A stretch of 64,000 bases of DNA from positions 204,010 to 268,009 of the forward strand of contig JACPJU010000001.1 of NCBI GenBank assembly GCA_016187385.1, written 5' to 3'. A program made the position numbers and the translations under genes. The notes beneath the pieces were generated by a model, which searched no databases, was not told where the DNA came from, and was given only the letters and a program-made list of their open reading frames with translations. Positions 57,711 through 64,000 of the stretch are shown here, piece by piece; position 1 is the stretch's first letter, and every line of letters begins with the position of its first letter. Source of the stretch: Candidatus Aenigmatarchaeota archaeon. GTDB lineage: Archaea; Aenigmatarchaeota; Aenigmatarchaeia; CG10238-14; SCSR01.

Positions 57711-59207
57711 TAGAAGGTTTTTTAATCTGACTACATACTTGGCGGCAAATGGTACTCTTTCTGATATGAAATCGAGTATCTTCAAGTCATTATCATTGTA
57801 AAATTTCATGAAGTACAACATCAAAAAGTATAAAATTGTAAATAGCATGGTCAAAACAGCTCCCGCTATTAAACTTGGTGTACGAAACGATATCAGATAC
57901 AGCAAGGAGAATGTAATAAAACTGCCCATGAAAATCTTAACTAATGGTATATACTCGATTCTAAAGGAAATGTATTTTTTCAGATAGTACAGACTCACCA
58001 CGGTCATTAAAAGTGTAGTTATTAAATATGCTATGGCTGTACCAAGTGCGGAATATGAAATGGTCAAGATCACAGATGTTATGATATAGAATATTGTAAA
58101 AACTATAGATATGGTTTGGAAAGTCATAGTCTTTCCTATAGCATATAATGTCCTTGAGAGTAGCGTAGCCACGCCGAAAAACAATGATGCGGTAACTAAT
58201 ATTGGTACCAGCTCGGCCGCGGGGAAGAACAGGGGTTGACCTATGAGAAATATAAGCGGTATGGGAAAAATAGAAACAAAAAATAAAATAGGCAATGAAA
58301 ATAAAAATGAATACCTTAATGCAATATTAAGAAGGTAACATTGTTGTTTGAAAAACATTCTGTTCGCAGATAATCTAGAAGTTATTGGGAATAGTGCATC
58401 TGATATTATTCTGGGTACGAAATATATCTGATTTGACAAAATCATTGCTACTGTGAATAGCCCCGTAGCATATGGATTTTGCAATATGGTTATTATAATA
58501 TATTGTCCGCTTAGAAGTATCAACCAGAATATTTGTGTGATGAAAGATGGTACAGCATACTTTGTGATTATGTTTGTCGACGGGATTTTAAATTTCGAAA
58601 TGAACCTTCTGATATTACTTATCCTCAGCAATAATATAGAAACAACACCTATCAAATATCCAATCATAAACCCGTATACTTTGTATCCTATAACAACTAA
58701 AGAGCCGGCTACTATAACTTTCAACAAATCACCGAATATAGCAGTAGTTGTTAAATATCTCATATTCTGATATCCGCGAAGTATTCCCGCCAAGAAGAAA
58801 GATACTGACAGAGGTAACAATGCAAATATACTGATAAACAAAATGTTTCTGGGTATTTTAATCGCCTGCGACACATCTGTAGAAAACAAAAGTAAGCCCG
58901 AAATAACAATTACATTCAAGAAAATTGTCAATAAAAAGAAGAACCACAGTACTGAACTGATGTATTCAATTTTGTTCTTTCCTAGATAAAATGAAGCCAG
59001 TTTTTGTGTAGTCTGTTCCATCCCAAAGACAAGTACTGAAGATAGAATTGCGGCAAAACTTATCGCTGTAGATAATACACCCAATTCGTCTGGAAGTAAT
59101 GTCTTGGCCGCTATCATCTGGAACAGGAAATTCAAAATAATGGAACCTATCCATCCTATAAGCAGATAGGATGTATTTGACATCAGATTCTTTCTTACTT
59201 CTACCAC
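57660..59207 (-). CDS. Wzx/MOP-family oligosaccharide flippase
   Basis: 515 aa, 12-14 TM helices. Confidence 0.7.
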   Translation of the reverse strand: MVEVRKNLMSNTSYLLIGWIGSIILNFLFQMIAAKTLLPDELGVLSTAISFAAILSSVLVFGMEQTTQKLASFYLGKNKIEYISSVLWFFFLLTIFLNVIVISGLLLFSTDVSQAIKIPRNILFISIFALLPLSVSFFLAGILRGYQNMRYLTTTAIFGDLLKVIVAGSLVVIGYKVYGFMIGYLIGVVSILLLRISNIRRFISKFKIPSTNIITKYAVPSFITQIFWLILLSGQYIIITILQNPYATGLFTVAMILSNQIYFVPRIISDALFPITSRLSANRMFFKQQCYLLNIALRYSFLFSLPILFFVSIFPIPLIFLIGQPLFFPAAELVPILVTASLFFGVATLLSRTLYAIGKTMTFQTISIVFTIFYIITSVILTISYSALGTAIAYLITTLLMTVVSLYYLKKYISFRIEYIPLVKIFMGSFITFSLLYLISFRTPSLIAGAVLTMLFTILYFLMLYFMKFYNDNDLKILDFISERVPFAAKYVVRLKNLLSEKIKRQSENNDQRNQ

Positions 59208-59220
59208 TTTCCTCTCTCCG

Positions 59221-60738
59221 TTAACTCTTAGGAATCTTATTTATGATATAAACAAATTGTCTTTTAAAAATGGGTAATCTATTTGCAAAGAAGCTCAATA
59301 CTTTGACATCGTCTGACGTAACAAACCTCATGACTATCAAAATGGTGATGTACGTTAAACCGCTTATTATAGCGAACGCTATGCTCTCTATTATATTTCT
59401 GGTGAAAATTAAAAATGTAAAAAGTAACGCGAATGATACGATACCGGAAACCATTATTTTATAAAAACTTTCGAGAGGTAATTTTACTTCCAAATATTTC
59501 TTGATGTTATATATGCCCAAGGCAACAAGTATCACCGAATATATTAAATAAGAATATGACATTCCATTTGCTGAGAACATAAGTGTAAGCGGAACTGCCA
59601 GCAACAGAAAAATTATTGATGACACTATTGATATATTTTGCTGAATTTTCGGTTTACCTATAGCATATATACTACTGTTCAAGACTATACTTATCCCGTA
59701 CAAGACAGAAGCAACAGACAATATCGGAACCAGAGAGGATGCAGAAAGGTATTCCTTGCTTGAAAATATTAGAATCAGATTGTCAGCAAATAACGTAAAG
59801 AAAATTAAGATGGGTATTGATATCAAAAGACCGTATCGTAAAACCAAGTTTATGAAATAACCTTGCATTTTGTCGGAATCTTTTCGTACAGACAACTGAG
59901 AGGTTATTGGAAGTAATGCCCTGCTCATAATTCTGAATATCATAACAAGAACGTTGGATACGATGAATGCTACTGAAAATATACCAGTTATTTCAGGGTT
60001 CTTCAGAAGACCTAGAATTGCAATTTGTCCGTTGGTCAGTAATATGGTGCTTATACCAACAATGAACGATGGGATGGCGTATTCGAAAAATACGTTTTTC
60101 TTATCCAGTCCTTTAGTTGGTAAGTTCAACCGTGGTAGCAATCTGAACCTCAGTAGAGAAACCATCAAAATCCCGATACCAAACCCGAATATAGGACCCA
60201 AGTAATTGAATCCTAGAAACATTAGAAATATCGACAAAAGAAGTTTAGATACATTTGATAACATATCTGTAAAAAACAGACCTTTCATATTCTGGTAGCC
60301 TGATAAAATTCCCAGTATTATCTGAGACAATGCGGTGAATACAATAAGAACAGACAAGAATAAAATAATATGATTAGGCAAATTTAATGAAAGCTGTGGT
60401 GACAATAAAAAGAACAGACCACTTAGCAGCAAACTTGAAAATAAAACTATAATCAAAGAGAACTTGATTAATTTCTTGGTTTTGTCTATTTGATTTTTTT
60501 CCAAGTATTCAGGCAACAGTTTGGACAATGCCACTGACAAACCCAGTCCGGCAAGGGATGCGAAGAGTACGACAAGATTTATAGACAGGGACGCTATACC
60601 GTATTCTGCCGGGAGGAGAAATTTTCCTGCAGATGCCCAAAAGATCAAGGAAAATACAGAAACTGTAGAATAGTCCAAAAACAGGTAGAACGTATTCGAC
60701 ACTAACTTGCGCTTAACCCTAGACAGATCATTGTTCAT
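59221..60738 (-). CDS. Wzx/MOP-family oligosaccharide flippase (paralog)
   Basis: 505 aa, 12-14 TM helices; similar layout to the neighbouring flippase. Confidence 0.7.
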   Translation of the reverse strand: MNNDLSRVKRKLVSNTFYLFLDYSTVSVFSLIFWASAGKFLLPAEYGIASLSINLVVLFASLAGLGLSVALSKLLPEYLEKNQIDKTKKLIKFSLIIVLFSSLLLSGLFFLLSPQLSLNLPNHIILFLSVLIVFTALSQIILGILSGYQNMKGLFFTDMLSNVSKLLLSIFLMFLGFNYLGPIFGFGIGILMVSLLRFRLLPRLNLPTKGLDKKNVFFEYAIPSFIVGISTILLTNGQIAILGLLKNPEITGIFSVAFIVSNVLVMIFRIMSRALLPITSQLSVRKDSDKMQGYFINLVLRYGLLISIPILIFFTLFADNLILIFSSKEYLSASSLVPILSVASVLYGISIVLNSSIYAIGKPKIQQNISIVSSIIFLLLAVPLTLMFSANGMSYSYLIYSVILVALGIYNIKKYLEVKLPLESFYKIMVSGIVSFALLFTFLIFTRNIIESIAFAIISGLTYITILIVMRFVTSDDVKVLSFFANRLPIFKRQFVYIINKIPKS

Positions 60739-60796
60739 AATAAAATACTAAATAGTTAAGTTTTATTTCTTTATTGGTAGATAATTAAGGTACAAA

Positions 60797-61879
60797 GTGA
60801 ACTCGATGCGGCCAAAAGTCTCTTTACTCTGGGTTAACTATAACAGCTCAAATTTCAAGGATGTGATAGAACAATCGATTGAAAGCATCCGGGATTTGGA
60901 TTATCCCAATGTAGAACTTGTGGCTGTTGACGGCTGTTCAACTGATGACAGTCCGGGTTACATTGAAAGGCTGTTGAAAAAATCCGGGATAGACTATAAA
61001 TTCATTAAACAGAGTGTGAATCTTGGTTTACACAGCTCTTGGAATGTCGCGTATTCTGCGATGAGCAAGAAATCAAAGTATTTCATGATGGTGAACAATG
61101 ACGTAAACATTTATCCGAACGCTATAGGCGAACTCGTTGAAAGAATGGAACAAGACGAGAGGGTGGGTGCCCTGAACGGCATAGAACTACGCTGGAAGTC
61201 TGATATAATAGACCATACGGGCATGATGTTCGATGAGATGCTGATTACAAATGCGTTATCACAAGGCTTGAACATAAAAGAATGCGACAGGGAAGAACAT
61301 GTCATATCGGTTGCGTCTTCCGTCTTGGGAATTTTCAGGGCAAGCGCGATAAAAAAACTTGGGAGTAAACTTCTTGAAGAGGATATGGTTCGTCATTTCA
61401 ATGAAACCATATTGGGGGCGAGATTGTGGAATGCGGGATACAAAATTTTATTCTCTCCCATAGAGGTAGGCGAACATTATACAAAAATGATTACTGAAAG
61501 CCGGTCGCCGAAAAGATTCTATTATGCGATGAGGGGATGGTTGACATTACTGTCGATATCAAACAGCCCGTACAAGAATTCCCCCATCAAGGATTCTTTC
61601 GCATTGAAATGGATGGTCAATTATCTGAGAACGGGATTTTCATTTAAAAAGTACAAAGAAGTTATGAAATTATACAATGGGGTTTTCATTGATTCTGAAC
61701 AGAAAGCAAAAAATCTGATTAAAAGAAAGGTTACAGTTGATATTTACAAAATGCCCCACATTAAAGGATTCAGATACTATTGGTTCCTTCCTCGTGGCTT
61801 GACAAAAATGGTACAACCCACTAAAACATTCAAAGAATTGTCAAGAACCGAGTCTCTTTATATACCAAAATCTGAATAA
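60797..61879 (+). CDS. Glycosyltransferase family 2
   Basis: VSLLWVNYNS...LVAVDGCSTDDS DXD region. Confidence 0.75.
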   Translation: MNSMRPKVSLLWVNYNSSNFKDVIEQSIESIRDLDYPNVELVAVDGCSTDDSPGYIERLLKKSGIDYKFIKQSVNLGLHSSWNVAYSAMSKKSKYFMMVNNDVNIYPNAIGELVERMEQDERVGALNGIELRWKSDIIDHTGMMFDEMLITNALSQGLNIKECDREEHVISVASSVLGIFRASAIKKLGSKLLEEDMVRHFNETILGARLWNAGYKILFSPIEVGEHYTKMITESRSPKRFYYAMRGWLTLLSISNSPYKNSPIKDSFALKWMVNYLRTGFSFKKYKEVMKLYNGVFIDSEQKAKNLIKRKVTVDIYKMPHIKGFRYYWFLPRGLTKMVQPTKTFKELSRTESLYIPKSE

Positions 61880-61880
61880 G

Positions 61881-62756
61881 CTACCTCAGGCATAAAATAT
61901 TTGTGACTCGACCACTCTCGAATTTTTTCTTTCCTATATTGTAGGTTTCAATTAAATGCTCCTTTGTGACTGGTCTTAATTTTCCAGTTTCAGTATCGAT
62001 ATCATAGAATTTGAATTTGTGTCCTTCCAACATTTCAAGATATTTCTTTGCATCAATAGCGAACTGTAACTTATCGGGGAAGAATTCCGTAAGAATTTTT
62101 ATATTTCTACTATTTTTCAGCAAGTTTGTCATGCCTTGTAAAGCTCTACCCTCAGATCCTTCTATGTCCATTTTGATGAAATCGGCACTTTGATTATTGT
62201 TGAAATAATCGTCTAGTGATGTTACATCTACTATAACAAACTTTCCATCATCGGAATTAATTATTTGGCTGTTGTCGGTTTCATCTGAAAAAAACAATTT
62301 GGTTTTTCCAGTTTTGTTTGAGACGGCTTTGTTTATACATGTTATGTTCTTGTAGCCATTCTCTTCTACATTTTTTTTGAGACACTCGAAATTATTTGGA
62401 TCTGGCTCGAAGGCGTAGACTCTACCATTATCTCCAACCAATTTTGCGGCAAGCAACGTATAATAACCGATGTGCGCACCCAGATCTATAACAATATCCC
62501 CCCTTTTTATTTCATGCTTGAAAACATTGATTTCACCTTTTCCTACCCATGTATTGAGGATAGAAATATCGTGTGCCACATCACCGATGTCCTTTTTGGG
62601 TAGATATATCTTGTGACCTTCAAATTCTACAAAATCCGGTTTCAAGTGATAGAAAAAAAACTTGTATAATGAACTGATCGGCCATTTCCTACTCAGACCA
62701 CGCCCCGAAAGGGATTTTACTGATTTTTTGAATGCGCGGAAAAGTAAATTACGCAT
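61881..62756 (-). CDS. FkbM-family methyltransferase
   Basis: VIDLGAHIGYYT. Confidence 0.75.
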   Translation of the reverse strand: MRNLLFRAFKKSVKSLSGRGLSRKWPISSLYKFFFYHLKPDFVEFEGHKIYLPKKDIGDVAHDISILNTWVGKGEINVFKHEIKRGDIVIDLGAHIGYYTLLAAKLVGDNGRVYAFEPDPNNFECLKKNVEENGYKNITCINKAVSNKTGKTKLFFSDETDNSQIINSDDGKFVIVDVTSLDDYFNNNQSADFIKMDIEGSEGRALQGMTNLLKNSRNIKILTEFFPDKLQFAIDAKKYLEMLEGHKFKFYDIDTETGKLRPVTKEHLIETYNIGKKKFESGRVTNILCLR

Positions 62757-62845
62757 ACCTATCTCTAATCTAATTCATTTATAAAGGTTTAGAAGATGAC
62801 ATATCTGCAATGGAAACGAAAAGAAAATAAATATTTAAGGTTTTA

Positions 62846-63829
62846 TTGTCAAAGTGTATTGGTATGAAAGTTCTTGTTACAGGAGCAGCGGGTCATATAG
62901 GAAGCAAAATGACAAAATCCTTGTTAGATCAAGGTCATGAAATAGTAGTTTTGGATAATTTGTCCTTCGGCTCTAGGGAGAATCTCAAGGGATTGGAGAA
63001 TCAGATAACTTACGTGCAAGGCGATATGAGGAAATTCGAAGATGTTATGAAAGCCATGGAAGGGGTTGACATTGTAAATCACCAGGGAGGTCCGTCGTCG
63101 ATGCTAATGTATGTCGATGATCCTGTTGACAGAACATATTCGACCGTTATAGGATTTCTGAATATAATGGAAGCCATGAGAAAGATGGATGTTAAAAAAA
63201 TTGTATATGCAAGTTCGGGCGGTGTCTATGAGGGTAATCCGTGTCCCCATCATGAAAATCTACCATTGACTCCGCCAGACATGAAAGCACTGGCGAAAAA
63301 ATTCGTCGAAGACATGGCTAAATTGTATACAACGCAGTATGGAATAAAAACTGTTGGCATAAGACCATTTATGGTATATGGCGACAATGAGAAATCGAAA
63401 GGCGATTATGCGAGTACTATTTCACTGTTTGTTTGGATGATGCTTAGGGAAGAAGATCCGACAGTCTGGGCTGATGGTAATCAAATGCGTGATTTTATTC
63501 ATGTTGATGATGTAGTAAGGGCTTATACCCTTGCTATGGAAAAGAATTTCCCGTATGCTGAAGTATTCAATGCAGGAACTGGTGTAGAGTCCAGCATGAA
63601 CAAAGTTATTCAAATCATCAATGAATATCTTGGAACTAACTACAAGTCCATATATGTTCCTCCGAAATTGCCCGTTTACACAAGAAGGTCTCTCGCTGAT
63701 CCGACGAAAGCAGAGAAGCTACTGGGATTCAAATACAAAATTGGTATTCGTGAAGGTATAGCACGAGTTATAAAGGCAAACGGCGGTCCTGCAGAACCCG
63801 TTTCACAAGATTTCTTTTCTCGAAATTAA
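62846..63829 (+). CDS. NAD-dependent sugar epimerase/dehydratase
   Basis: VLVTGAAGHIGS Rossmann motif, YxxxK. Confidence 0.8.
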   Translation: MSKCIGMKVLVTGAAGHIGSKMTKSLLDQGHEIVVLDNLSFGSRENLKGLENQITYVQGDMRKFEDVMKAMEGVDIVNHQGGPSSMLMYVDDPVDRTYSTVIGFLNIMEAMRKMDVKKIVYASSGGVYEGNPCPHHENLPLTPPDMKALAKKFVEDMAKLYTTQYGIKTVGIRPFMVYGDNEKSKGDYASTISLFVWMMLREEDPTVWADGNQMRDFIHVDDVVRAYTLAMEKNFPYAEVFNAGTGVESSMNKVIQIINEYLGTNYKSIYVPPKLPVYTRRSLADPTKAEKLLGFKYKIGIREGIARVIKANGGPAEPVSQDFFSRN

Positions 63830-64000
63830 CTTAATACAATTTTCATGATAGCATTGTAATCTCTAAGGTCTTCAAAAAAGTAAGTCGGTTTGACACCATA
63901 TCTTTCGAATCTTTCTGGATTTCCACCTACACCTATGGAGTTTATACCTAGTATTTCACCCGCCTTTATACCTCTCCAAGAGTCATCAACTACGTATATA
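63826..64000 (-). CDS. Partial HAD-superfamily hydrolase (C-terminal end; gene runs off window)
   Basis: Reverse translation ...YVVDDSWRGIKAGEILGINSIGVGGNPERFERYG... = HAD motifs III/IV. Confidence 0.5.
   Translation of the reverse strand, partial: IYVVDDSWRGIKAGEILGINSIGVGGNPERFERYGVKPTYFFEDLRDYNAIMKIVLS

Noticed and set aside
1-64000. CRISPR arrays, rRNA genes, IS/transposase genes
   Set aside because: No direct-repeat/spacer periodicity, no rRNA-like conserved stretches, no transposase/integrase motifs (DDE, tyrosine recombinase R..HxxR..Y) seen in any frame.

Overview
This window reads as an AT-rich archaeal chromosome segment, probably from a small-genome DPANN-like lineage. The evidence is a run of archaeal markers: topoisomerase VI A/B, tRNA-splicing endonuclease EndA, aIF1A, Alba, an archaeal histone, RadA, an RPA-like protein, ribosomal proteins S17e/S3Ae/S15, Bud32 and diphthine synthase. 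There are five tRNA genes, and every one carries extra sequence consistent with introns; several of these sit at non-canonical positions. The main content falls into four parts.

- **1–11 kb, informational genes:** this block also holds a free-standing LAGLIDADG homing endonuclease whose ORF runs into the 5' half of a tRNA.
- **11–27 kb, the most unusual region:** a type-IV-pilus-like locus on the minus strand. It has a secretion ATPase, a FlaJ/TadC-like platform protein, and a series of small and giant pilin-like proteins with class-III-signal-peptide-like N-termini. The giant proteins carry bacterial-type cell-wall hydrolase domains: lytic-transglycosylase/lysozyme-like ES…G[LI]FQ[IL]N motifs, an M23-like region, and a GH5 domain with a perfect NEP signature. 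They also carry Cys-rich tandem repeats and a beta/gamma-crystallin fold. I read this as a candidate host-attack or adhesion apparatus of an episymbiotic archaeon; that reading is inference.
- **27–36 kb:** a VapBC toxin–antitoxin pair sits between two paralogous coiled-coil genes. Next comes a tandem array of four paralogous membrane proteins; the last ends in a phage-tailspike-type S74 intramolecular chaperone domain.
- **41–64 kb:** an AglB-linked glycosylation island with GT2/GT4 transferases, two flippases, sugar-nucleotide enzymes and FkbM methyltransferases.

No CRISPR arrays or rRNA genes were seen.
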